Below are positions 18,937 through 27,838 of a DNA stretch of 64,000 nucleotides, in pieces. The DNA is from Ferrovibrio sp. Its GTDB lineage: Bacteria > Pseudomonadota > Alphaproteobacteria > Ferrovibrionales > Ferrovibrionaceae. The stretch's first letter is position 1. Each line of letters starts with the position of its first letter. Location of the stretch: NCBI RefSeq assembly GCF_964218355.1, contig NZ_CAXPMC010000008.1:44726-108725 (forward strand), read 5' to 3'. The notes beneath the pieces are model-generated. The model ran no database searches. It saw only the letters and a list, made by a program, of their open reading frames with translations, and was not told the origin of the DNA. A program made the position numbers and the translations under genes.

Positions 18937-19593
18937 ATGCATCTTCTTGTTTCCGGTGGAACCGGACTGATCGGCAGCCTCGCGCTGCGCCACGCCATCG
19001 GGCATGGCGGCATCGACCGGATCACGGCGCTGGGCCGCCGGCCGGCCTCGCTCGACAGCCCGCAACTGAGCCAGATCGCCTGCGATTTCGCCAGTCTCGA
19101 TGCGGTGGCCGACCAGATTCAGCCGGCTGACGCGGCCATCTGCGCGCTGGGCACGACCATGCGGCAGGCCGGCTCGCGGCAGGCCTTCCATGCCGTCGAC
19201 CACGACGCCGTGATCGCCTTTGCAAGGCTGGTAAAAACGAAGGGTGTCCGGCGGTTCGCGATTGTCTCCTCGGTCGGTGCGTCCAGCCGGTCCGGCAGCT
19301 TTTATCTCGCCACCAAGGGCCGTGCGGAAGACCGGCTCGGGACCATCGGTTTCGAACGGCTGGTTATCCTGCAGCCAAGCTTCCTGCTGGGCGACCGCAG
19401 CGAGAAGCGGTTTGGCGAGGGCTACGCCACTGCCCTTGCGCAACTGCTCAGCCCGCTGCTGGCAGGACCGCTGCGCCGTTACCGCCCGATCGAAGCCGAT
19501 CTCGTCGCACGGGCCCTGCTGCGCGCCGTCACCGATGACGGGGCCGCCGCCGGCCGCTTCGACTATGACGGCATCCGCAGGCTGGCGGCATAG
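18937..19593 (+). CDS. NAD(P)-binding oxidoreductase (TIP30/YraR-like)
   Basis: GGTGLIGS Rossmann motif, CALGTTMRQAGS...F.AVDHD, SSVGA and FYLATKG; start at ATG 18937 inside the longer listed ORF. Confidence 0.85.
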   Translation: MHLLVSGGTGLIGSLALRHAIGHGGIDRITALGRRPASLDSPQLSQIACDFASLDAVADQIQPADAAICALGTTMRQAGSRQAFHAVDHDAVIAFARLVKTKGVRRFAIVSSVGASSRSGSFYLATKGRAEDRLGTIGFERLVILQPSFLLGDRSEKRFGEGYATALAQLLSPLLAGPLRRYRPIEADLVARALLRAVTDDGAAAGRFDYDGIRRLAA

Positions 19594-20744
19594 GCCAGCA
19601 GGGCCTCGTCCTGGCCGGCACCCGCCAGCACGGACAGCCCGAGCGGGCAGCCGTCCAGTTCGGCCAGCGGCAGGCTGAGCGCCGGCAGGCCCGCATGACC
19701 CGCCACCGACGTCAGGGCCAGCGCCGCCGCATAAAAGTCGCGCGCAGCGGCATCGCGCAGGAAACGACGCGGTGCAATGCCGGGCGTGGTCGGCAGCAGC
19801 AGCAACGTGCCGGGCGGCAGCATGTCGCGGATACGGCCGGCAGCCGTCTGCCGCCAGTGACGCCAGCGCAACACGTCATCCGTTGTCACACTGAGGGCAT
19901 CGGCAAAGCGCGGCGCAATGGTCTCGCCGAAGACCGGCCGCCGCTGCCGGATCCAGTCGCCCAGCGCCGTCGCGATCTCCGCGCCCTGCAGCACGCGATA
20001 GGCCTCGCGGAAATCGGCCGCCGCTCCCCCGTAGATATCGGCATCTTCCGCCGCGCCGAGCCCTTCGGCAGCTCCGCGCAGAACGAGGGCGGCGGCAGGA
20101 TCTACCAGCGCGAAGGCGTCCCGCGCCAGCAGAAGGCGGCGGGGCGCGGCAGCCGTGCCGGCATCCTCCAGCAGGCAGCGGCCTGCCTTTTCCAGCAGCG
20201 CGCCGTCACGCGCGAACAGGCCGACCGTGTCGTAACTCGGTGCGAAGGGGATGACGCCATCGAGCGGCACCCGGCCATGGCTCGGGCGGAAGCCGAAGAT
20301 GCCGCAGAAGCCGGCCGGCACACGCACCGAACCGCCGGTATCGGTGCCGAGCGCCAGGTCGGCCAGGCCGGCAGCAACCGCCACCGCCGATCCGCTCGAT
20401 GAACCGCCCGGGAGGCGGCCGGGGGCGCGCGGATTGACCGGCGTGCCGGTATGGACATTCTCGCCTTCCAGGCTGAAGGCCAGTTCGTCGGTCACCGTCT
20501 TGCCCGCCAGCGCCGCGCCGGCTTCCAGCAGGCGCTGCACAGCCGGCGCCGAATCCGCGGCCGGATGCTGCCCGCTGCGCCAGTCGGGATTGCCGCCGCC
20601 GGTGATCTCGCCGGCCACGTCGATCAGATCCTTTACCGCGAAGGCCAGGCCATCGAGCGGCCCGGATGCCAGCGGGGCAAGCCGGCAGCGATGGCCGGGA
20701 ACGAAGGCACCGAAATCATCCGGCGCCGCGGCCATGGCGGTCAC
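19563..20744 (-). CDS. Amidase-signature family amidase (~393 aa)
   Basis: [17 protein letters not shown] and [12 protein letters not shown] (Ser-cisSer-Lys triad); GTG start 20744 overlaps the upstream TGA (GTGA coupling). Confidence 0.9.
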   Translation of the reverse strand: MTAMAAAPDDFGAFVPGHRCRLAPLASGPLDGLAFAVKDLIDVAGEITGGGNPDWRSGQHPAADSAPAVQRLLEAGAALAGKTVTDELAFSLEGENVHTGTPVNPRAPGRLPGGSSSGSAVAVAAGLADLALGTDTGGSVRVPAGFCGIFGFRPSHGRVPLDGVIPFAPSYDTVGLFARDGALLEKAGRCLLEDAGTAAAPRRLLLARDAFALVDPAAALVLRGAAEGLGAAEDADIYGGAAADFREAYRVLQGAEIATALGDWIRQRRPVFGETIAPRFADALSVTTDDVLRWRHWRQTAAGRIRDMLPPGTLLLLPTTPGIAPRRFLRDAAARDFYAAALALTSVAGHAGLPALSLPLAELDGCPLGLSVLAGAGQDEALLAYAASLRMPS

Positions 20745-21403
20745 GTCAGGGCTTGGACGATGGTGTCGGTCGGCGCCGTCCAGCCGACAATCCCGCCCTG
20801 CGCCCGGATCATTGCCAGCGTCGCCGCCTTGAATTCCGGGAAGTAGCTCTCGGTCGCATCCTCGGCAAGGATACATTCATAGCCGCGGTCATTGGCCTCG
20901 CGCATCGTGGTCTGCACGCAGACCTCGGTGGTCACGCCGGCAAAAACCAGGTGGCCGATCCCCTGCCGAAGCAGCAGGTCGCCGAGCGGCGTGGCGTAGA
21001 AGGCACCCTTGCCCGGTTTCACGATCACCGTTTCCCCCGGCAGGGCCGCCAGTTCCGGCACGAAATCGTTGCCCGGCTCGCCATCCACCAGGATGCGCCC
21101 CATCGGACCGGCATCGCCGATGGCCAGCGCCCCGCCGCCGCGTGCGCGTTTGGCCGGCGGACAATCCGAAAGATCCGGTTTGTGCCCCTCCCGGGTATGG
21201 ATCACCGGCAGGCCGGCGGCGCGGAAACCGTCGATCAGCCGGCGTACCGTCGGCACGATGGCGGCCAGCGGTCGCACATCGTTGCCCAGTACCGAACCGA
21301 AGCCGCCTTCCTCGATGAAGTCGCGCTGCATGTCGATCACGACCAGGGCGAGCCGGCCGGCCGGAAAGCTGTAGTCGTAAGGCTGGGCGGCAATCACGGG
21401 CAT
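20741..21403 (-). CDS. trtA: Triuret hydrolase (isochorismatase-like cysteine hydrolase)
   Basis: Catalytic D24-K129-C162 plus F35, L39, N41, E160, Y187 and I205, the residues recalled as distinguishing TrtA from BiuH, at identical numbering. Confidence 0.85.
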   Translation of the reverse strand: MPVIAAQPYDYSFPAGRLALVVIDMQRDFIEEGGFGSVLGNDVRPLAAIVPTVRRLIDGFRAAGLPVIHTREGHKPDLSDCPPAKRARGGGALAIGDAGPMGRILVDGEPGNDFVPELAALPGETVIVKPGKGAFYATPLGDLLLRQGIGHLVFAGVTTEVCVQTTMREANDRGYECILAEDATESYFPEFKAATLAMIRAQGGIVGWTAPTDTIVQALT

Positions 21404-21412
21404 GGCAGCACC

Positions 21413-22333
21413 TCACTTGCCGCGCTGGAATGGCAGGGTCAGCGCCGTCGGCGGCTCCAGCCGGCCGACGATGCCGGCCACCGCCAGCAGAGCCAGCAGA
21501 TAGGGCAGCATCAGCAGGAAGGCCGTGGGCACGTTGATGCCCATGGCCGGCAACTGGAACTGCAGGGCGGTGGCCGCCCCGAACAGCAGGCAGGCGCCGA
21601 TGGTGCGGCCGATATTCCAGCCGCCGAAGATCACTGCCGCCAGAGCGAGATATCCGGCGCCGTTGGTCATGTTCTCGGTGAAGGTGTTGATATCGGCCAC
21701 CGACAGGAAAGAACCTGCCAGCCCCGCCATGGCGCCGGTGATCAGCACCGCCTGCCAGCGCGTGCGGGCAACCGCGATACCGGCCTTGTCGGCCGCACGC
21801 GGCTCATCGCCCACCGCCCGCACCGCCAGCCCGAAGGATGTGTATTTCAGCATCGCCCAGAGGCCGGCCACGATCGCCAGCCCGACATAGACGAAGACCG
21901 ACTGCTGCAGGAAGGCCGTGCCGATGAAAGGCAGGTCGCTGATGCCCGGAATGTCGAGCTTCGCCAGCCCCGGAATCTCCTCGCGCGACAGGCCTCCGAA
22001 GATGATCCGGTACAGCAGCGTGGTGGCGCCGAGCGCGAGGATGTTGAAGCCGATCCCCACCACCAGCTGGTTGGCACGCAGGTTGACGCTGAGCAGGGCC
22101 TGCAGGGCTGCAACAGCCACCGCCGCCAGCACCGCGCAGAGAATGCCGAGCACCGGCTGGCCGGTTCCCCAGGAACCGAGCGCGCCGAAGAAGGCTGCGG
22201 TCAGCATCATGCCTTCGAGGCTGAGATTGAGCACGCCGGAGCGTTCCGAAACCAGCTCGCCGCTGGCCGCGAGGATCAGCGGCATCGACAGGCGCAGGGT
22301 GGAGGCAATGAAGATCGCCAGTGTCTCTTCCAT
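21413..22333 (-). CDS. ABC transporter permease (nucleoside/BMP type)
   Basis: ERSGVLNLSLEGMML, GLAVRAVGDEPRAADKAGI and GAGYLALAAVIFGGW. Confidence 0.92.
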   Translation of the reverse strand: MEETLAIFIASTLRLSMPLILAASGELVSERSGVLNLSLEGMMLTAAFFGALGSWGTGQPVLGILCAVLAAVAVAALQALLSVNLRANQLVVGIGFNILALGATTLLYRIIFGGLSREEIPGLAKLDIPGISDLPFIGTAFLQQSVFVYVGLAIVAGLWAMLKYTSFGLAVRAVGDEPRAADKAGIAVARTRWQAVLITGAMAGLAGSFLSVADINTFTENMTNGAGYLALAAVIFGGWNIGRTIGACLLFGAATALQFQLPAMGINVPTAFLLMLPYLLALLAVAGIVGRLEPPTALTLPFQRGK

Positions 22334-23415
22334 CAGCGTGCCCCCTTTTCCAGCTTCTCGACCAGGATCACCGAACCGGCCACGGCGATGACGATCAGGC
22401 CCTGGATCACCAGGGTCAGCGCCGCCGGCACGCCGGCCATGATTTCCATGGAAATGCCGCCCGAACGCAGAAAGCCGAAGAACAGCGCACCGGCCAGCAC
22501 GCCGGTAGCCGAGCCCCGCGACAGCAGGCCGACCACGAGGCCATCAAAGCCATAGCCCGAAGAGAAGCCGGTCTTCAGATAATACTGTTCGCCCTGCAGC
22601 ATGATGGTGCCGGCGAGACCGCCGAAAGCACCGGCCATCGCCAGCGCACCGACCAGCAGAATACCGCCCGGCATGCCGGCGCGGCGCGCCGCCAGTTCGT
22701 TGAGGCCGATGGCGCGCAGCCGCAGCCCGAAGGTCGAGCGCTGCAGCACGATGGCGGTAGCCACCGCCAGCAGAATGCAGATCACCAGGCCGATATGCAG
22801 CGGCGATTCCGCATCGCCGGTCAGGCCGGGCAGCCGGGTCGGCACCGGAATCTGCAGCGATTCCGGCAGCGTCGCCGAGGAGGTCTGCGGCTGGCGCAGC
22901 AGCGCCGTCGACTGCACCGACCAGTAGACCATCAGCAAGGCAACAAAGCCCAGCAGCAGGGTGCTGATCACCTCGTTGGTGCCGAATCGCACCTTGAGGA
23001 TGCCGGCAATGGCGCCCCAGACAGCACCGGCAACAGTGCCGGCCAGCATCGGCAGCAGCATCGCCAGGCCGAGCGGCAGGCCGTCGACATGGCCATAGAG
23101 CGCGACCGCGGTGGCGGCGATGCCGCCCACCGCGATCTGCCCCTCCCCCCCGACATTGGTGAGATTGGCGCGGAACGCGAAGATGAAACCGAGCCCGACC
23201 AGCGACAGCGCCACCGCCCGGTTCACCGAAGCGCCGAAGGCGAAGGCCGAGCCGAAGGCGCCATCCAGGAATGCCTCGATGGCATCGGGCACCGAGCGCC
23301 CGCTGATCGCGATCAGCAGCAGGCTGACCAGCAGCGAAGCGGCCACCGCCGCCAGCGGAATGGCAATCCGCGCAAGTCGCCGCCAGTCCGGCAGGGAGGC
23401 CGCCAGCGCCGTCAC
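22333..23415 (-). CDS. ABC transporter permease (nucleoside/BMP type)
   Basis: NVGGEGQIAVG, GTNEVISTLLL, FGLRLRAIGLN and GYGFDGLVVGLL. Confidence 0.92.
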   Translation of the reverse strand: MTALAASLPDWRRLARIAIPLAAVAASLLVSLLLIAISGRSVPDAIEAFLDGAFGSAFAFGASVNRAVALSLVGLGFIFAFRANLTNVGGEGQIAVGGIAATAVALYGHVDGLPLGLAMLLPMLAGTVAGAVWGAIAGILKVRFGTNEVISTLLLGFVALLMVYWSVQSTALLRQPQTSSATLPESLQIPVPTRLPGLTGDAESPLHIGLVICILLAVATAIVLQRSTFGLRLRAIGLNELAARRAGMPGGILLVGALAMAGAFGGLAGTIMLQGEQYYLKTGFSSGYGFDGLVVGLLSRGSATGVLAGALFFGFLRSGGISMEIMAGVPAALTLVIQGLIVIAVAGSVILVEKLEKGAR

Positions 23416-24995
23416 AGGCCATGCCCCGACATCAGGGCGCCGATGGCGGCGCGTTCGCCGGGCTCAGCCGGCCGTTCTCCGACCAGCCGGCCGCGATACA
23501 GCACGACGATGCGGTCGGCCACCGCGATCAGTTCATCCAGTTCGCTGGAGATCAGCAGCACGCCGACACCGCGCCGGGCGGCCGCCCGGATCTGCCGGTA
23601 GACCGCCTCGACGGCATTGATGTCGAGGCCGCGGGTCGGCTGCGCCGCCACCAGGGCGACCAGCGGATCGAGCGTGAGTTCGCGGGCCAGCACGGCCTTC
23701 TGCTGGTTGCCGCCGGACAGGCCTGAGAAGGCGACATCGGCACCAGCGGCGCGCACGTCGAATTCCTGCATCAGGCCGCGTGCCGCCTGGTTCAGCGCAT
23801 TGCGGCGCAGCAGGCCGAAGCGGGTGAAACGGTCCAGCTTGTTGAGATACATGTTCTCGGCCACCGACATCGCCGTGACGCAGGCGACAGCGTGGCGATC
23901 CTCCGGCACGATGCCTCCGCCCGCCGCCGTCACCGCCGCCGGGCCGGCCTCGGTCAGCTCGGTTTCGCCGATGAAAAACCGGCCGGCCGCCGGCCGCTGC
24001 AGGCCGGCCAGCACCATGCCGAGCTCGCTCTGGCCGTTGCCTTCGACACCGGCGAGCCCGACGATCTCGCCGGCGCGAATCTCCAGGGTGAAATTGTCGA
24101 GCCGGACGGCATCATGGCGATCCTTCACGGTGATGCCGTCGCAGACCAGGGCGCGCGGGCGCGGAGCATCGCCGGCAGAAACCGGCGGCGCAGATGCCGC
24201 GCCGGATTCGGACAGCGCCACATCCAGCGACTTCACCTCGCGGCCGACCATGGCGCGGACCAGCGCACCCATATCGGCGGTCGCCATTTCCGCCTTCGCC
24301 ACCACGCGGCCGCCGCGCAGCACGGCGACACGATCGGCCACTTTCGCGATCTCGGCCAGCTTGTGGGTGACAAGGATCACCGCGCGACCGCTGTCGGCGA
24401 CGCGGCGGCAGATATCGAGCAGCGAACCGATCTCGTCGGGCGGCAGCACGGCAGTCGGCTCGTCGAGCACCAGCAGCCGCGGCTCGCGCATCAGGCATTT
24501 GACGATCTCGGCGCGCTGGCGCTCGCCGACCGACAGCTCGCCGACCACCGCCTCGGGGTCGAGGCTGAAGCCGAAACTTTCGGCGATGCTGCGGATCTTT
24601 GCCGCAAAAGCCCGGTGCTGCAGCAGGCCGCGGCTCTGGCCCAGCATCAGGTTCTCGACCACGGTCATGCGTGGCACCAGACTGAAATGCTGGTGCACCA
24701 TGGCAATGCCGCTGTCGAGCGCCTCGGCCGGGCCGGCCGGCACCCATTCACGGCCGGCGAAGCGCATCAGCCCGTCATCGGGCCGGTATACGCCGAAGAT
24801 CAGGTTGCACAGGGTCGACTTGCCGGCACCGTTCTCGCCCAGCAGGCATTGCACCTCGCCGACCCGGAAATCGAGCGAGACATCCTGCAGGGCCTGCAGG
24901 CTGCCGAAGCGCTTGCCGAGATTCTCCAGCGCCAGCAGCGGCCGCGTCTGCGACGCGACCGCCTCCGCCGGCAGCTGGCTGGCAACCTGGTGCAC
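23412..24995 (-). CDS. ABC transporter ATP-binding protein (tandem NBD, sugar/nucleoside type)
   Basis: GENGAGKST, LSVGERQ, LDEPT, GVEGNGQSEL, LSGGNQQK and QPTRGLD. Confidence 0.95.
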   Translation of the reverse strand: MHQVASQLPAEAVASQTRPLLALENLGKRFGSLQALQDVSLDFRVGEVQCLLGENGAGKSTLCNLIFGVYRPDDGLMRFAGREWVPAGPAEALDSGIAMVHQHFSLVPRMTVVENLMLGQSRGLLQHRAFAAKIRSIAESFGFSLDPEAVVGELSVGERQRAEIVKCLMREPRLLVLDEPTAVLPPDEIGSLLDICRRVADSGRAVILVTHKLAEIAKVADRVAVLRGGRVVAKAEMATADMGALVRAMVGREVKSLDVALSESGAASAPPVSAGDAPRPRALVCDGITVKDRHDAVRLDNFTLEIRAGEIVGLAGVEGNGQSELGMVLAGLQRPAAGRFFIGETELTEAGPAAVTAAGGGIVPEDRHAVACVTAMSVAENMYLNKLDRFTRFGLLRRNALNQAARGLMQEFDVRAAGADVAFSGLSGGNQQKAVLARELTLDPLVALVAAQPTRGLDINAVEAVYRQIRAAARRGVGVLLISSELDELIAVADRIVVLYRGRLVGERPAEPGERAAIGALMSGHGL

Positions 24996-25007
24996 GGGGC
25001 GCCCGGA

Positions 25008-26000
25008 TCAGGCGTCGAGCACCTTGATCTTGCCCGACAGCAGGTCCTTCTTGATCTCCTCCAGCTTGGCCTTCATCGCCGGCGTGGCGCCGGTGCAGAT
25101 CACCATGTCGGAGGATTTCGGCCCCATGGCGAGGCCGAAGGGCTTGAATTCCGGCTTCCAGCTGCCGGCTGCCGCCTGCTCGATGGCATATTCGACCTGG
25201 AAACCGACGCCGGTGATGGAATAGGCGATATAGAGCGGGTCGGTGCCGCAGCGATCGGTGTAGCTGCCGATGATGTGGGTGCCCTTCTCGCGTGCCGCCT
25301 GCTCCATGCCGCGCAGACCGAGATTGAGGATGTGGTAGTGGATATCGGCGCCCTGGGCGATGGCGGCCAGCGTGGCTTCCTTCGACTTGGCGACGTCGTC
25401 GAAATCGCCGGTGTAGTTCTCGAAATACTTGATGCCCGGGTTGATGTAGCGGGCGCCGTTGCCGAATTCCTTGCCGGTATTGACGATGGCCGGGATTTCC
25501 AGGCCGCCGACGTAAGACACCGCGCCGGTCTTCGACAGCATCGCGGCGGCCGCGCCGGCGACGAAGCCGATCTCGGCCTGGCGCACGTCATAGCCCGACA
25601 CGTTGGCCGGCTTCGCCGCATCGGCATTGCCGCCGACGATGGCGAATTTCACCTTCGGGAAACGCGGCGCCACCTTGAAGACCGAGGCCTGGGTCTGGCC
25701 GCCGACGCCGATCACCAGCTCGTGCTTGCCGGCCAGCGCGACCAGCACCTGCTCCATGTCGCCGAACTTGACATTCTCGATGTATTTGACGGCGATCTTG
25801 CTGCCGAGCTTCTTCTCGGCGGCCTTCAGGCCGTCATAGCCGGATTCCATCCAGCCCTTGTCGGATTTCGAACCCGGGATCAGCACGCCGACCGTCAGCG
25901 GACCGGCCGCCCGCGCCGGCGCGGCCTGGCCGCCCAGCATCACAAGGCCGGCGGCGCCGGCCGTACCCATCAGAAATCCACGGCGATCGATCTGCATCAT
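25008..26000 (-). CDS. BMP-family ABC substrate-binding protein with twin-arginine signal
   Basis: IDRRGFL Tat motif; PGSKSDKGW, GFVAGAAAAMLSKTG and GDFDDVAKSKE...IAQGAD typical of BMP/PnrA proteins. Confidence 0.9.
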   Translation of the reverse strand: MMQIDRRGFLMGTAGAAGLVMLGGQAAPARAAGPLTVGVLIPGSKSDKGWMESGYDGLKAAEKKLGSKIAVKYIENVKFGDMEQVLVALAGKHELVIGVGGQTQASVFKVAPRFPKVKFAIVGGNADAAKPANVSGYDVRQAEIGFVAGAAAAMLSKTGAVSYVGGLEIPAIVNTGKEFGNGARYINPGIKYFENYTGDFDDVAKSKEATLAAIAQGADIHYHILNLGLRGMEQAAREKGTHIIGSYTDRCGTDPLYIAYSITGVGFQVEYAIEQAAAGSWKPEFKPFGLAMGPKSSDMVICTGATPAMKAKLEEIKKDLLSGKIKVLDA

Positions 26001-26046
26001 TGTCCTGCTCCCCGTCTGGCGGATCGTTTATGTCCGCGGAAGGAAC

Positions 26047-26062
26047 AGCAATCGCCGTGCCA
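26047..26062 (-). promoter_or_regulatory. Sigma54 (-24/-12) promoter of the ABC-trtA-amidase operon
   Basis: Minus strand TGGCACG-GCGA-TTGCT matches the sigma54 consensus, 46 bp upstream of the BMP start. Confidence 0.85.
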
Positions 26063-26147
26063 GCCTGTCATGCCCGGCCAACCCTCTGGAATCCCTCCGG
26101 CATCCGGGCAACGGCCGGGCCGGTGGAGGAATTCTCCCTGCACAGAT

Positions 26148-26184
26148 TGCATACAACTGGTCTTGGCTGCCTGTTTTATGGGCT
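26148..26184. promoter_or_regulatory. Two NtrC-like enhancer sites between the divergent sigma54 promoters
   Basis: TGCATACAACTGGTCTT (26148-26164) and TGCCTGTTTTATGGGCT (26168-26184) are partial matches to TGCACCA-N3-TGGTGCA. Confidence 0.45.
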
Positions 26185-26224
26185 GCCGGGCAGTCCGCAA
26201 CCGGCGGAACCAAGGGCTTAGCCA

Positions 26225-26240
26225 TGGCAGGAAACTTGCT
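26225..26240 (+). promoter_or_regulatory. Sigma54 (-24/-12) promoter of the divergent cysteine hydrolase
   Basis: TGGCAGGAAACTTGCT has exact GG-N10-GC spacing, 32 bp upstream of ATG 26273. Confidence 0.75.
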
Positions 26241-26272
26241 ACATGCGGGCAGCAACCCGCGATGAGGACGCC

Positions 26273-27073
26273 ATGAGCAAAACCGGGAAAAAGACCGCCA
26301 AAGCCGCACTGACGCCGCTGGGTTCACCGCAGGCCGGTTTCGCCTGGGGGGCCAGCGCCGGCCATATCGACATGGCCACGCCGCCGGCGAAGCCGAAACC
26401 GCTGACCATCGCCGCGGCACCGCAGACGGTGACCATCGACCTGAAACGCAGCGCCCTCATCGTCATCGACATGCAGAACGACTTCTGCACCAAGGGCGGC
26501 TGGGTCGACCATATCGGCGGCGACTACCGGCCCGACCGCAAGCCGATCAGGCCGCTGCAGAAGCTGCTGCCGGCTCTGCGCAAGGCCGGCATGCCGGTGA
26601 TCTGGGTGAACTGGGGCAACCGGCCCGACCTTGCCAACATGCCGCCGAACCAGATCCATCTCTACAAGCCATCCGGCAAAGGCACGGGCCTCGGCGATCC
26701 GCTGCCGGGCAGCGGCGCGCCGGTTCTGCAGAAGGACAGCTGGGCCGCCGCCGTGGTCGACGAGCTGGAACAGAAGCCGCAGGACATCAAGGTGGACAAA
26801 TACCGCATCAGCGGATTCTGGGACACGCCGCTTGACAGCATCCTGCGCAATCTCGGCATCCGCACCGTGCTGTTCACCGGCGTGAATACCGACCAGTGCG
26901 TTCTGCACAGCCTGACCGATGCCAATTTCCTCGGCTATGGCTGCGTGCTGGTGGAAGACTGCTGCGCCACCAGCTCGCCGGATTTCTGCACCGAGGCGAC
27001 GGTCTGGAACGTCAAGAAATGCTTCGGCTTCGTCACGGACTCCGGAAAGATCCTCAAGGCGCTGAAAGCCTGA
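26273..27073 (+). CDS. Isochorismatase-family cysteine hydrolase, substrate unknown
   Basis: VIDMQNDF, DKYRISGFW and GVNTDQCV (Asp-Lys-Cys triad); SD GAGGA; lacks the BiuH/TrtA KPGKG and MREANDRG motifs. Confidence 0.88.
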   Translation: MSKTGKKTAKAALTPLGSPQAGFAWGASAGHIDMATPPAKPKPLTIAAAPQTVTIDLKRSALIVIDMQNDFCTKGGWVDHIGGDYRPDRKPIRPLQKLLPALRKAGMPVIWVNWGNRPDLANMPPNQIHLYKPSGKGTGLGDPLPGSGAPVLQKDSWAAAVVDELEQKPQDIKVDKYRISGFWDTPLDSILRNLGIRTVLFTGVNTDQCVLHSLTDANFLGYGCVLVEDCCATSSPDFCTEATVWNVKKCFGFVTDSGKILKALKA

Positions 27074-27076
27074 CGC

Positions 27077-27835
27077 CTATTCGGCTGCCGCCACCGCGCC
27101 GGGGAAGACCTGGTCGACGAAACGCGGATAGGTCTCGGCCAGCTCGGCGGCAATCTGCGTGCGCAGCAGCTGCAGGGTCGCGGCATCCGGTGCTTCGGTC
27201 TGCGGCACGCTGGCCGGGCAGTCGAAATCGAAACCGGTATGGTCGCGCACTTCCTCGACGCTGTGCCCCGGATGCACACTGGCCAGCCGGAAACGCAGCG
27301 TCGCGCGGTCGAAGGTGAACCAGCACAGGCTGGTCAGCAGACCGAGTGGTCCGCCGGGGCGATGCGTGCCGTCGTTGCGCGGCCCGGCGGCCGATACGAA
27401 ATCCACCTGCGGCACCAGCACGCGGCGCGAATGCTCCTCGCGGAACAGGATCACGCGCGGCACCAGATAATAGAGATAGCCGGAACCGAACGAACCCGGC
27501 CAGCGCACATTGGTCTGCGGATACTCGCCGCCGGCACCGACCAGGTTGATATTGGCGTGGCCGTCGATCTGGCCGCCGCCCAGGAAGAAGGCCTCCAGGC
27601 GCCCCTGCCCGGCCAGGTCGAACAGCTCGACGCCGCCATCGCAGAGAAAGTCGTTGCGGATGCTGCCCAGCACGTTGACGCGCATCCGTCCGCCGGACTG
27701 TGCCCGCGCCAGCAGCGCACCGGCACCCGGGATCGGCGAGGAGGCACCGGTCGCCACCAGGCGGCAGCCCTGCAGCAGCCGGGCGATCACGGCAATCAGC
27801 AGTTCCTGCCGGCTGAATTCCATCGTGCCGCCCAT
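27077..27835 (-). CDS. Family I CoA-transferase beta-subunit-like protein (GctB/PcaJ-like)
   Basis: FFLGGGQIDGHANIN, RWPGSFGS, QVDFVSAAG, and LASVHPGHSVEEVRDHTGF. Confidence 0.82.
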   Translation of the reverse strand: MGGTMEFSRQELLIAVIARLLQGCRLVATGASSPIPGAGALLARAQSGGRMRVNVLGSIRNDFLCDGGVELFDLAGQGRLEAFFLGGGQIDGHANINLVGAGGEYPQTNVRWPGSFGSGYLYYLVPRVILFREEHSRRVLVPQVDFVSAAGPRNDGTHRPGGPLGLLTSLCWFTFDRATLRFRLASVHPGHSVEEVRDHTGFDFDCPASVPQTEAPDAATLQLLRTQIAAELAETYPRFVDQVFPGAVAAAE

Positions 27836-27838
27836 GAC

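Noticed and set aside
20741-21403. Biuret hydrolase (BiuH) call
   Set aside because: All six diagnostic positions carry the TrtA residue rather than the BiuH residue.
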